A DNA stretch of 64,000 nt from Botryllus schlosseri (Eukaryota), in the NCBI GenBank assembly GCA_051294905.1, contig CM119372.1:27530001-27594000 (forward strand), given 5' to 3'. The position numbers were made by a program, and so were the translations under genes. Positions 12,887 to 27,100 of the stretch are shown here, piece after piece. The notes beneath the pieces were generated by a model, which saw only the letters and a list, made by a program, of their open reading frames with translations, searched no databases and was not told where the DNA came from. Position 1 is the stretch's first letter. Each line of letters starts with the position of its first letter.

Positions 12887-13142
12887 GGTCGCATGCGGCT
12901 GGCGAAACTCGTGGTGGCATGCGGCTTTTTAGACCCCCCCCCCTCTCGGTCGCATGCGGCTATTGCGTCTTATGGGAGCGGTGGCATGCGGCTCTTATTT
13001 CTTATGGCAGGGGTCGCAAGCGGCTGGGAAACCCGGGGTGGCAAGCGGCTCTTTTGTCTTATGGCGGGGGTGGCATGCGGCTATTTGTGTCTTGTGGTCG
13101 CACGGTAACCCTTTTCAGTATAGGGATCGGTCGCACGCGGCT
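12887..13142. repeat. Subterminal array of GGT(C/G)GCA(T/A/C)GCGGCT motifs (mirrored at ~30487-30740)
   Basis: About 8 copies of the 14-bp motif within the first ~300 bp of each arm. Confidence 0.85.
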
Positions 13143-13199
13143 TCGTTGTTGGCATGTCGTACTCTCAGGTATAGGCTGCGTTGACATGTCGTAATTTCA

Positions 13200-13990
13200 G
13201 TAAAAGGTGTGAAATAGTCAGCCGCATGGTAATGTTTTGGTAATTGGTTTGTCACAGAACCGGCGTAGACGGTGATCCGAATATCAACAATACCAACGGA
13301 CACAAATTAACACTTCAAATAGGTGTGAAATATTTGTAATATCCTATGAGTGCTCACAAGATAACACATCAGACAGACATCTCTCGTGGTTTGGTGTTAC
13401 AGAGGCAGGAATCACGCACAAGTAATATTTTGTCACAGAACCGGCGTAGACGGTGTTCCAATACCAACAATAGCCGCGTTCACTTGCTTACACTCCAAAT
13501 AGGTGTGAAATATTGGTAAAATCCCGCGATCGCTGACAAGATAATACCTAAGACATAACCATCTTTCGCGGCTTCGTGTTACAGACACATCGATCGCTCA
13601 CGCGGTGAAATTTTCGTAAGCAGTTTGTCACAGAACTTGATTTCGCTCGTAAGATTTAATAAGTGACGAATAACAGATCGCCAGTGTCGGTAACTTGAAT
13701 AGCGACAAATTGTCACTTATTTCTACTCTAACCCTAATCCTTTGTGAAGTGTACGCTTATTCAAAAAAGGTGCGAAATAATTTTAAACTCCTACGATCGC
13801 TCACAAGATAACACCTATAAGACATAACCCTCTCTCGTGACTTGTGGCTACATACATCCCAATCGCTACAATGTAATATGTTGGTAGTTTGGTACAGAAC
13901 TGGATTTCACGAGTCTGATATAATAAGAATATTACCTATTAAGTAATAAGCACCGAATAACAGAACCGGCGCAGACGGTGACTTGAATAT
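13200..13990. repeat. Degenerate ~180-260-bp tandem repeats in element C arm (mirrored at ~29640-30425)
   Basis: GTCACAGAACCGGCGTAGACGGTG at 13251 and 13432, with further partial units near 13627, 13892 and 13960; recurring AGGTGTGAAATA and CACAAGATAA. Confidence 0.8.
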
Positions 13991-16900
13991 CCAAGATTTG
14001 ATACTTTCCGCGATCGCTATATGTTTCGCGTTGACTTTGGTTGCGTGATGCGAATCATGAGAATATTCAATCAATGTGTCAATTTGTCAACTTGAAATGA
14101 AACTCACTACACAAACCAAGTTGATTCGTATTTGAATGTGTTGATCCGGTACAACTCTAAGCCTTTGAGAAATCCATTTACCGCAATCAGTTGATTCGAA
14201 CGTAACCTGAATATTGCTGACTCCAACTTCAGTCGCATCGGATTATTCGCACATTCCGCGCTGCTGTTTCACACCTATAGAATCAATACAATCTAGCTTA
14301 ATGAGAATCGGGAATCGTAAGTATGCACATACAATCGTTGTATTTATTACTGGGGAAATCAAACGCCTAACAAAAACACGCAACTTACCATTTGGCCAAC
14401 TCTAGCATTACCAAAAAATCTAGATATTGTTGATTGAAAATCCTTGAGTCCCAAATGTTATAGTACCGCATCCGAATCCATTCGCGGGATGTACTAAAGG
14501 TAAATCCAAATAATCCAGAATGAAATATTTGGACTTTGACATAATCTGAATTGAAATAGATTAACAAACATAACTGCCAACTTTCACCCAGTCACATTTC
14601 GAAATTATATGCATATTGATTTGAAACAAGTAATGAAATATTACAACTATATTCGCGATCGAACTTTTCGTTTGGCAAAGATAGTTTCAGAAATACTATC
14701 ACTATGATATCTCAACATTTTAACATCTTGCCATACACAAAAGAGTAAAATACAAAAATCTTGTCAAGTCAACCCGTTTGTAACTTACCCAACCAACTCA
14801 ACAGTATCCTTATGAAAAGTAGACAAGACTACGCAAGTAATCACCACAATCCAAAATCCATAACAAGTTCGGTTGTATTCATAGTCCGCCAACTCGTATT
14901 TTTTTATTCAACTGTAAAAGTCGTTACTATTCTGTAACCTGAAGTAATTACTACTCGGTGTGCACAGCTTGAGATTAACATATGTTTTGAGTATATGATA
15001 TTTGAATGTCTGACCAACGTAGTTAATAATTCATTTCTTACGATCAAACGCCGGTGTTACATTGAAAGTTATCATACTGCAAACATAGGGATTGACACAG
15101 TGATTTGCCATATGACGTATATTTTGTAATGCTCGACCATGACTTGATTATTAAATTATTCACGGTAATTAGACTTGGTGTTTTGGTAAAGGTTATTATG
15201 ACAGCAACAAACTTTTCACTATCATGATTATTAAAACATCAATTTGTAAAGCCAGACTTACATGTGCGAAATGTTCTTGATTCGGATATTATTCCGGATT
15301 GGTACAAAACAATCGTTGTATTGCAGACAACCGAAAATACTTTAAAAATGCAATCGTTCACAATAATTAGGACTAAAGATGAAACAACAATATCGGTATA
15401 ATTACATTCAACAACCAGTACAATTATTAAAATCCATTGTTTGCGATAACCGGTGCTAAAGATGTAATAATCCCATTATTCATACATTGAACACCCGATA
15501 CAAAATGCTTAATTATCGCAATTCGTAACGAGTAATTGAAACGACTACGTGTGGAGTTAGTATATCACAATATCGTTACTATTGAATCCAACGATTGATA
15601 CGATTTATTGGTGGAATTTGTGACAGCGAATTGAAACATCCATACCTTACAGAGTGTGAAATATCACTTTTGGTATCGAGTACCAGTAGAAGCGGGTGAA
15701 CAATACTTGATTCGTGACTCGTCGTTGTACTTGCTGAATGTAAAAAATTACAAGGTTACACTCTAAGACCTTGATCAGCACAAGAGCAATTTGGAATATC
15801 ATTACTGACTGCAGCCTATTCTACTAGACAAAACTCACGACAATAATAGAATCAAAATATGTGCTACACTGAAATCTACAAAATGTGTTTGTATTGTTGT
15901 TAGTGATCATACATTATCATTTGAATCTTCTAAAGTAATTGTAATCATAAAACCAAACTACTGAAAGTCATTACCAACACAAAAACAGTTTGCATGATAT
16001 TCACCAAACACATCCTTACTCAGTATGCATAAATTATTTGTAGAGTGCATACCATCAAAGAAATCTGGAACACAACCAACACCGAAAATGATAAATGCGT
16101 TTCGCGTTACTATTGACACAAGTTCATTTCTATCAAGCGAAATAAACGCCATCACAAAACTCAGAGCATGCAAAGGTCTTGATTGATGTGAATTTCGATT
16201 TGGGTCTTATGATACCAGCAAGCATTTTAGAAATATTATGATTCGTTAAACCAAAGTCGTACGCCCGATTAATAGTTGATTGGAAACTTGATCACGTACC
16301 TCAATCATTACAGAAGGGTATAACACCATTGTCCGACAATCTTTTGCAAAAAGGATCGAAACCAAGTCACTCAAAGTCGTTGCCGTCACATAAACAATTT
16401 GTACGACGTCTGATAAATGTATCCTATAGTTAGGTGTACTAGAAATATTTGTAAAACACACTCCGGTAAAGAAATCGACGAAAAGATATCCTACACCTAG
16501 ATCTGGTAAAACTATTTTGCACTTTTTGTTCGTTGGTATGGTATCCATTTTAATTTTTCCATTTCCTCTCGTCAAAGTAGATGTAATCATAGTCACGAAA
16601 GAACTTACTAGGACGTGCTTGAATTCTAGACATAGTTCTGATTTACCCGACACAAGACCCAAGGGCAACCCTAGTTTCAACCGAGCACACATATCCAAAA
16701 TATCACACACTTCGCTATTCCTAAAGCACAAACACCCGATACAAAATATTACTTGTTGTGTTTTTGCGGTCTCATCTTCACAATATCACACACAATACGA
16801 ACGATGGGTATGTGAAACATGGCGTAGACTTGAATCACACCAACCTGGAAGATTATTTACTCACTTTTTACATAACGGAAATTGATCAACATCACGTCAT

Positions 16901-18224
16901 CGGTGTGTATCGGTTTTTCTAGATACAAACTATATGCTAGTGTAGCGGAAAATAATTTAGTGTAAGAAAAACAATTTTCACTCTCTTGACTCATGAAAAC
17001 AACAGACGAGTCTTCCTTCAATATTTTTTTTGTGTCAACTAGGTGCTTTGTATGATACGATCGATATCCCCGCGACTTTTTCAGATCGCAATATGAAAGA
17101 TATTTACATCACACAAAATATTACTCCACTCGATATCCCCCATACTATACTAAACCGCGGAATGATTGGCCAGACTCTACAAAGTGTTTTGATATCGTTT
17201 TTACACGAAAGGTTACGTATGTAAATATTCAAATAATCGCAAACGCAACTATAGTACTTACAGAAATATCATATAGTTGTTGTAACAAAGTTGTATGAAT
17301 ATACTATTGAATTGCATACTAAAGTTTTGTACCTTCAAGAACCTCTTCAAAGTTGTATGTGTACAATGTTTATCGTGAGTCCTACACATTGATGATACCC
17401 GTCCGAGTTTGACTTTTAGAAAATATTATGTCGACATACTGATGTCTTTCAAAAACCAAATCATGGTCACTACTTGGGAGGTCTATCAATGTCATGGCAG
17501 TAATCTATAGTTACTTCCACCAAAGAGTATGTATTCGACTTACGTTCCACAAATCTAACGCACAAAACAATTTACTTTACTTACGAGAAGCGCCGAGCCT
17601 ACCATCAAAACAACTAGAAGGTGGAACTATATTAAAAACGTCGCTAGCCTTTGTGCACCAGCTGTAAATCACACAAGTAACAAGTTTCAAGATTCTGGTT
17701 ATTGAAAAAGCGTTAGAGTGTTTCTCCTGCGCCAAGTCGTTATGTTGACGAAAGCGTATATTGTAATATCATGATCGATTTGCATTCGTTGGTCACAAAC
17801 TGTCACTACTCTAAATAATTCTTTTTCACTCAAACACAAACGCATACTTGTCACCATTCGTTTTCATCAAGTACGAGTTCAAGAAACTTACTACGACATG
17901 AATTTTTATTTTTATGTTGTGTAAATAGGTAATAATTAATTCAAGTAACACTATATCAACATCATCGAGTTGTGCTAATAGATTTACATGTGGTCTTGTG
18001 GTTTTCATCGGGACATACAGCACGAACTAACTGTAGACTCCTCTCTGTTGTACAGCTACTCGGTAATCGAAATGCATTAACATGTAAACAACGATCTTGT
18101 TTCGTCACACCAAAAATATGTTCACTGTCGCGATACTCCGCACAAGACGTGCATAGCCTTTTCACACTCGTAATAGTATACCAACGTCAAGCGATAACGT
18201 TTAACAAGACCAACGACACTGAAC

Positions 18225-18745
18225 CCACGACGTTTACCTATGTGAAATTCCCACTTTCACTTGCCAGTCCATCGTTTACCTGACTAAACATATTATTTTC
18301 CTTTGGAGATCTGATGTTTACCCAGAGTAAGAAACCTTTTTCACTTGGAAATCTATTTTTTCCTTGGCTAACAAACCTTTTTTCACTTGTAAATATGTTT
18401 TTTCCTTGGCTAACAAACCTTTTTTCACTTGGAAATCTATTTTTTCTCTGGTTAACAAACCTTTTTCCCGGGTAACAAACCTTTTTCCCTGAGCAACAAG
18501 CCATTTTCACTTGGTGGTCCGTCGTTTACCTGAGTAAAAATATCATTTTCCTTTGGGGATCTGGCGTTTACCCGGTGTAACAATACATTTTCGCTTGGAA
18601 AAATACTTTTACCTAGAGTAACTAATCATTTTCTCCTGGGTAACAATCCCTTTTCGTCTGGAAACTATCATTTAACTGAGTACCAATACCGTTTTCACTT
18701 GGAAATACATTTTTCCCTGGGTAACAATACCATTTTCGTTTTGAA
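18225..18745. repeat. 21/42-bp minisatellite in element C arm (mirrored at ~24885-25405)
   Basis: Repeated TAACAAACCTTTTTTCACTTGGAAATCTATTTTTT; produces the repetitive FPSEKRFVSQGKN ORF. Confidence 0.85.
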
Positions 18746-19420
18746 AACTGACAACCACACCGGCCAATTTGATATTTTTGTATATTGTTACAACGAACAG
18801 TGACGGAAATATACACTGACTACCGGTTTCAGAGTACACCCCATCGGTCGTATCACGTCAATATCATCGGTTAACCACATACAATATACTCTTGTACACC
18901 GAAATGCACGCTTTGGAAAATTGGACAATAGGCTGCGATAGTTCTGTGATGTCCGGGTTCGTGCTTTAGATTTTCCAGAGTCAAAATGTCTGAATAAAAC
19001 ACCTCCTTGACGATGGTTGGTATGTGGATAACGGTGTTCGGAAAACGGTTGGATTTATGTCGCCCATCGCGATAACAATTCCTGGTCGAGTTTTCCTCCG
19101 GCATGTTTGCTATATTGTGTCTTTATTGGTCAATGTATGTCTCGACATTCAGTTTGAAATCGGAAATGATAAAGTATGTAACCGGATCCGGATATCAACT
19201 CTGAATCGATAAACCAATGAACGATATTCAAAGTAAACATGTCACACCCTGTGTTTCCACGAAAAAATACCATCCAGACATACGTCGCGCTTGTTTGCCC
19301 ACATCAGTATACGCGCAAATGGAGGTGTGTGACATTGCATGCAATGTGTTGGTATACAAACATCGATCCACAGACATTATCATAGCCGGTAGTTTTGATG
19401 TAGATCGAATGTCACCCGAT

Positions 19421-22400
19421 CAGTGGTGGCTTTTGGGGTAGGCGAGGTAGGCGGTCGCCTAGGGCCCCCCCTGGTTGATTTACGCGCTTTCGAGGGCCCC
19501 CCCTCCTCGGTTTACGCGCTTTTTCCAAATATTTCTCCGGTTTATGCGCTTTTTTTCAAGTATTACCATTTTCTGAATAACCGCGGAATCCTTGTATCCA
19601 TAAAGAATATGGTATTGTACCGTAAAGACAGGTCAATCATTAAATCTCATTTTTTAGTAATCATTTTACGAATAACCACAAAAATCCATGCGCCAATTTA
19701 GAATATGGTACCGTAAGCAGTAGTCGATCATTAAATTTCTGCGCTAGTTGCAAGAGCTCACTTTGATTTGATGATCTCTATCTATTTTTCCATTAGCTAA
19801 AGGGCCCCCCCCTCCTACATTTACGCAAATGTTATCATTTTGCAAATAACTGAAAATACATGTACGGTACCCATGTAGAATGTAATACCGCACACAGAAG
19901 TCAATCATTAAATTACTGCACCTGCTAAAAGCTTACTTTGATTTTATGAGGGGGGGGCCCTTCTTCATTTACGCGATTTTTGGTTATCATTTTACGAATA
20001 ACCGTAAAAATACATGTACCCATGTAGCATATGGTACCGTAAACAATAGTCGATCATTGAATTTCTGCATCCGCTTAAAGAGCTTACTTCGATTTTATGA
20101 GCCCCCCCCCTAAATTTATGCAAATTTTAGTTATCATTCTGCGAAGAACCGTGAAAATGTATGTACCGATGTGGAATATGGTACCGTAAACCGTCGATCA
20201 TTAAATTTCTGCATCTGCTAAAAGAGCTTACTTTGATTTTATGAGCCCCCCCCCCTACATTTATGCGAATTTTAGTTGTCATTTTACGAGTAACCGTGAA
20301 AATATATGTACCCATGTAGAATATGGTACAGTAAACAGAGGTCGATCATTAAATTTCTGCACCTGCTAATAGAGCTTACTTTGATTTTATGAGCCCCCCC
20401 TCCATTTATGCCAATTTTAGTTTATCATTTTGCGAATAACCGTGAAAATACATGTAGGCCTACCCATGTAGAATATTGTCTTGTAAACGGTGTTCGATAA
20501 TTGAATTTCTGTGCTTGTTAAAAGAGCCTACTTCGATTTTATGTTAATGAGGTCATATCAGTGCATCAAAATTTTCCAGTATAAGTTTGTGAGATTCTAC
20601 TTGCTAGCTCTTGATGCCAGCTTTCATATGATACCGTATGTTAATTGATAATGAGCCGTGTCCGCACTGAGCCTGAATATCCAAAATATCAAAGGAAATA
20701 GTCATTTGAAAGCCAATGAAAGCATAGGCTATTATAGCCTATATATTGTTGTTTACTGAGCCATTCTCTTGTTGTGAATTGGGCCTTTTCTGAATGGAAA
20801 TCCATTCTCAGGGTTGTCATGATGGTAAATTTGTTCATTTCTTGTCTGCGGATTAGCAGCGTATTTTCAAAGCTTTACCATGCTCAATGTGCACCCGGTA
20901 CAGTCAGTCAGAAAGTGTTTATGGTGTTGTCAGAAAGTGTTTTTTTTATCACAGGTGGATGTCTTTTAATTGGTGGTGTACTATAGATAGATATGCAATA
21001 CATCTTGCATGCAGGACAGTTTCTAGCGGCCTGATGCCTGATATTTCATGCCTCAAAAATCTATGTCAATACTTGAAAGGTTTGAATGGCTATCATTGAG
21101 AAAGGTGTACGAAAGGCTACATATATTCAATTTGTTGTGAGGTTGATAATTTAATGTGATGTCACAGAAAAAGACCAAAATGAGACCAAACAATAAGCAA
21201 TGGAATCAATTTCAGCAGGGCAGAAGAAAGAATTAAATGATCACAAGTCAAGTTTTTGCAACTTTTTTTACAGCTTGTGGCAGCTTCCTAAATACTCGGA
21301 AGTTATGTAGTATGGTGTTTTAAGCTGTTTCGAGGAATCTTATATTGCGACTTTTCTTCATTTTTTCAAGCAACTTTTTGCAGCTTTTCGATTTTTCATG
21401 AAACTCACTTTTTACTGGAAATATTTGGTACTTAATGTAAATAGATCGCTTGATTATCATCACTGTCGTTTAAATTTGAGGTCATTTCTCAGTTGACATA
21501 CATTCAGGCTAGACCGCCGTAAATTATATTAGCCTACTACTGGGTCAATTTTTTCAGGCTATTGATTTTGTTGAAGGCGCCAACACTGAGGTTTGCGACA
21601 GTGCCTTGGATACGCATCGATTCGAGTATCTCATACCTTAATAATGTCAAGAAACTTATCCATAAATGTACTTTTTTAGTGTAACTTTAGTGAAAAATAA
21701 ATGAAAAATAAATGCAACTTTTTACTTCAACTTTTATGAAAAATATGTGCAACTTTCCACGGATTTGACTGCTACCAAAATTTGCCCTAAGATCCGGTGT
21801 TGCATAAGACAATTTTGACCATTACACTCTTGCAATGGGCTACCAGTTCAATATAAATGTGACTCGGTAAACAGCATATTTAGTAAGGCGCACTCGTCAG
21901 TTGACAACCGTACTTTTCATTAGCTACGATGAGTTTGGTATCACTCAGTTATATGTGATGTTGTAATTGGTAGCATCAGTATCTCCTAATTACTGCAGTC
22001 AAGTATCTGTCACAATGCCGCGAGCACATGCTAAATGTAAGTCAGGATCTCGGAAAAGGAAGTGGTTCAGATTTGGAAAGAAAGTGACAATGCAAATTTT
22101 GAACTGCGACACAAATATTTATTTAACCATCTGTTTCAGCTCAGGAATGTTCTGCACAAATTGAGGATGATGCTGTTTTTCCACCAACTATATTGCCTTG
22201 TAGACTTGAATGATGTAACAGTGCTTTCAAATACGTATATTGTATTTGATTGTAGTGGTCTTTTGTCTATGCTAGTTGTGGCGTTTTAGGTTTAATCCAA
22301 CCAGGCAAGTTCTTACAGACAAAAAAATTTTTTCTATAACTTACAATTTTTTCATTAGTGCGTGTTGTTTCGTGTGTGTAACTGTTTATTTACAAATTGC

Positions 22401-23232
22401 GCTGCTACTATAGTACCGTATGTCCGTATACTTCAAGGTTTGTTGTTGTTGTCATTGTTACAATGCGAATATCATGGTTTGTGATTTTGATTGTTGCGTC
22501 ATACTTTGCCGTTTTGATTTTGCTTTTAAATCTATTTAAATGCCTTAGGTGTGCAGTTAACTCTTGAAGAGAGGCACCCAAAAATTATCCGAGTTCAATA
22601 AATATTATATTACAATGGATGTTGTATTGAAAGCTATATTCTTACAGATCATGGAACTAGCTCTTCACAGGTGATACCAGTACTGATGTGTTCCTGTGGT
22701 ATTACTGGTGTTGTACCACATTGCCGCACATTTTGCTTTTATGCCTTATCATGCAACAAAATCTTCTTTGTAGCAAAAAGATATGCCCAATCCAGCACCT
22801 GACTGAAACCTTGACGTGGTGTGCTGGCTTATTACTAATGTCAGCCGACAGCTTTCTGGATTTATGTGGTATATTTGGCGTGCAGTTGCCTTATTATACT
22901 ATCATGTCATGCTACATCCCATAATTCTTCTACATAGGTGGGTCTGGGCACGCGCTGTAGTTCACTTGAGTCACTTGTTTTCGAATATGCCAAGTCGTTT
23001 ATTGTACTGTGGCATGACATTATAATTATTTTATATGCTGAAAGTTTCAACATGATGTACAGACAAAGCACTACCGGAACAGTGTATACGTGGTGTAGAA
23101 CAATAAAAGTATCGTTAAGCGCTAGTGAGGGGGGTCTGGGGGCGTAGCCCCCCAGAAGTTGCGATAATATAGATAAGGAGGGCCCCCCCGGAAGTTTCGC
23201 CTAGGGCCCCCCCAATCGTAAGGCCACCACTG
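19421..23232 (+). mobile_element. Intact copy of hAT-type family B (B'), inserted in the left arm of element C
   Basis: Same ends as B; perfect 8-bp TSD cacccgat (19413-19420, 23233-23240); the right arm shows the empty site near 24205-24220. Confidence 0.93.
21247..21790. mobile_element. A-family-related MITE remnant embedded in family B
   Basis: Similar to 10319-10786 (AGTTTTTGCAACTTTTT...GCAACTTTCCACGGATTTGACTGC...TTTGCCCTA). The equivalent segment in B is the one split by element C. Confidence 0.7.
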
Positions 23233-23280
23233 CACCCGATAACAATACCAATAAGCCACATTGCAATGACTCTGAGTCCG

Positions 23281-24168
23281 CGCTATTACATCGATATTTC
23301 GACACCGTTCGCTGATTTACTCGATGGTGTTATCGTGTTGTTACATTGCAAGATAGTCATGACCCTATCTCCGGACAGATCACCCAGACCAATTGGATAC
23401 ATCGGTCGATATCCGTCGTGTTGTCGACACCGAAGTTTTCTGCTGAGACTGCAGCGATTGACCAATGTGAACTATCGAAGTACGGTGCTCGAAATGATTG
23501 CGATCAGTCTTTCAGTCACGATGCATGGATGTCGCTACTCCCACATAACGACTCCAGATAAATATCGTGCAAATCTCGGACTGATACTGTGATCCAATAA
23601 GGTGTGTCTCTGTGAAGACTGCAATCGTACACCACAATAGAACACTACCTCGTGATTTCACACGCAATCAAAAAACACATCATCGTAAGGGTCCATTTCG
23701 CCCGGTGCCATTTCGAAACGGTCATCGCCACAAGAGATCGGTAACATTTTGAAACCATCATCACCACAAGGCTATCGACGTCGTTTCAGTTGGTCATGTC
23801 AATCCGTTTTACAAAGTACCGTTTTTCGAGTCCCTGCACCATAGTGTTACGACACAGGCAAGATGCATCGGTGGAAATAATAAAACACAGAAGGCACACT
23901 TTGGTGTTATTTGACATAGGTTTTACACCTGAAGAACCTTACATTCGAGCGATGCATTGGAACGACGCTTGTATTATTGACGTCGAAGGAACAGAAATGT
24001 ATCGATTTATCGGTTTCGTACATATCCAGAAAAAATCTGGTTATATGATTGTACACGGTGAATGTCTGTGAACGCTCTATTGGAAAATTCTGTGCAGTTC
24101 ACTTTCACCGTCGTGCGAATAACCCATGTTATGGTTCCATGTTTGTGTGTCTGTATGTCATGCTCAGA
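23281..24168. other. Unique central spacer (loop) of palindromic element C, 888 bp
   Basis: Inverted identity ends at ...TCTGAGTCCG (23280) and resumes at CGGACTCAGA (24169). Confidence 0.85.
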
Positions 24169-27100
24169 CGGACTCAGAGTCATTGCAATGTGGCTTATTG
24201 GTATTGTTATCGGGTGACATTCGATCTACATCAAAACTACCGGCTATGATAATGTCTGTGGATCGATGTTTGTATACCCACACATTGCATGCAATGTCAC
24301 ACACCTCCATTTGCGCGTATACTGATGTGGGCAAACAAGCGCGACGTATGTCTGGATGGTATTTTTTCGTGGAAACACAGGGTGAGACATGTTTACTTTG
24401 AATATCGTTCATTGGTTTATCGATTCAGAGTTGATATCCGGATCCGGTTACATACTTTATCATTTCCGATTTCAAACTGAATGTCGAGACATACATTGAC
24501 CAATAAAGACACAATATAGCAAACATGCCGGAGGAAAACTCGACCAGGAATTGTTATCGCGATGGGCGACATAAATCCAACCGTTTTCCGAACACCGTTA
24601 TCCACATACCAACCATCGTCAAGGAGGTGTTTTATTCAGACATTTTGACTCTGGAAAATCTAAAGCACGAACCCGGACATCACAGAACTATCGCAGCCTA
24701 TTGTCCAATTTTCCAAAGCGTGCATTTCGGTGTACAAGAGTATATTGTATGTGGTTAACCGATGATATTGACGTGATACGACCGATGGGGTGTACTCTGA
24801 AACCGGTAGTCAGTGTATATTTCCGTCACTGTTCGTTGTAACAATATACAAAAATATCAAATTGACCGGTGTGGTTGTCAGTTTTCAAAACGAAAATGGT
24901 ATTGTTACCCAGGGAAAAATGTATTTCCAAGTGAAAACGGTATTGGTACTCAGGTAAATGATAGTTTCCAGACGAAAAGGGATTGTTACCCAGGAGAAAA
25001 TGATTAGTTACTCTAGGTAAAAGTATTTTTCCAAGCGAAAATGTATTGTTACACCGGGTAAACGCCAGATCCCCAAAGGAAAATGATATTTTTACTCAGG
25101 TAAACGACGGACCACCAAGTGAAAATGGCTTGTTGCTCAGGGAAAAAGGTTTGTTACCCGGGAAAAAGGTTTGTTAACCAGAGAAAAAATAGATTTCCAA
25201 GTGAAAAAAGGTTTGTTAGCCAAGGAAAAAACATATTTACAAGTGAAAAAAGGTTTGTTAGCCAAGGAAAAAATAGATTTCCAAGTGAAAAAGGTTTCTT
25301 ACTCTGGGTAAACATCAGATCTCCAAAGGAAAATAATATGTTTAGTCAGGTAAACGATGGACTGGCAAGTGAAAGTGGGAATTTCACATAGGTAAACGTC
25401 GTGGGTTCAGTGTCGTTGGTCTTGTTAAACGTTATCGCTTGACGTTGGTATACTATTACGAGTGTGAAAAGGCTATGCACGTCTTGTGCGGAGTATCGCG
25501 ACAGTGAACATATTTTTGGTGTGACGAAACAAGATCGTTGTTTACATGTTAATGCATTTCGATTACCGAGTAGCTGTACAACAGAGAGGAGTCTACAGTT
25601 AGTTCGTGCTGTATGTCCCGATGAAAACCACAAGACCACATGTAAATCTATTAGCACAACTCGATGATGTTGATATAGTGTTACTTGAATTAATTATTAC
25701 CTATTTACACAACATAAAAATAAAAATTCATGTCGTAGTAAGTTTCTTGAACTCGTACTTGATAAAAACGAATGGTGACAAGTATGCGTTTGTGTTTGAG
25801 TGAAAAAGAATTATTTAGAGTAGTGACAGTTTGTGACCAACGAATGCAAATCGATCATGATATTACAATATACGCTTTCGTCAACATAACGACTTGGCGC
25901 AGGAGAAACACTTTAACGCTTTTTCAATAACCAGAATCTTGAAACTTGTTACTTGTGTGATTTACAGCTGGTGCACAAAGGCTAGCGACGTTTTTAATAT
26001 AGTTCCACCTTCTAGTTGTTTTGATGGTAGGCTCGGCGCTTCTCGTAAGTAAAGTAAATTGTTTTGTGCGTTAGATTTGTGGAACGTAAGTCGAATACAT
26101 ACTCTTTGGTGGAAGTAACTATAGATTACTGCCATGACATTGATAGACCTCCCAAGTAGTGACCATGATTTGGTTTTTGAAAGACATCAGTATGTCGACA
26201 TAATATTTTCTAAAAGTCAAACTCGGACGGGTATCATCAATGTGTAGGACTCACGATAAACATTGTACACATACAACTTTGAAGAGGTTCTTGAAGGTAC
26301 AAAACTTTAGTATGCAATTCAATAGTATATTCATACAACTTTGTTACAACAACTATATGATATTTCTGTAAGTACTATAGTTGCGTTTGCGATTATTTGA
26401 ATATTTACATACGTAACCTTTCGTGTAAAAACGATATCAAAACACTTTGTAGAGTCTGGCCAATCATTCCGCGGTTTAGTATAGTATGGGGGATATCGAG
26501 TGGAGTAATATTTTGTGTGATGTAAATATCTTTCATATTGCGATCTGAAAAAGTCGCGGGGATATCGATCGTATCATACAAAGCACCTAGTTGACACAAA
26601 AAAAATATTGAAGGAAGACTCGTCTGTTGTTTTCATGAGTCAAGAGAGTGAAAATTGTTTTTCTTACACTAAATTATTTTCCGCTACACTAGCATATAGT
26701 TTGTATCTAGAAAAACCGATACACACCGATGACGTGATGTTGATCAATTTCCGTTATGTAAAAAGTGAGTAAATAATCTTCCAGGTTGGTGTGATTCAAG
26801 TCTACGCCATGTTTCACATACCCATCGTTCGTATTGTGTGTGATATTGTGAAGATGAGACCGCAAAAACACAACAAGTAATATTTTGTATCGGGTGTTTG
26901 TGCTTTAGGAATAGCGAAGTGTGTGATATTTTGGATATGTGTGCTCGGTTGAAACTAGGGTTGCCCTTGGGTCTTGTGTCGGGTAAATCAGAACTATGTC
27001 TAGAATTCAAGCACGTCCTAGTAAGTTCTTTCGTGACTATGATTACATCTACTTTGACGAGAGGAAATGGAAAAATTAAAATGGATACCATACCAACGAA

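Noticed and set aside
11030..20510. CRISPR-like arrays (repeats at 11030-12130, 12887-13142, 13200-13990, 18225-18745, 19600-20510)
   Set aside because: Units are degenerate tandem copies without constant repeats or unique equal-length spacers; no cas genes; eukaryotic TE context.
23266..24758. Short ORFs in and near the loop as integrase, pPolB or capsid genes
   Set aside because: No DDE, PolB (SLYP, KxxxNSxYG, DTDS), Walker A or protease motifs recognised; ORFs are under 110 aa.
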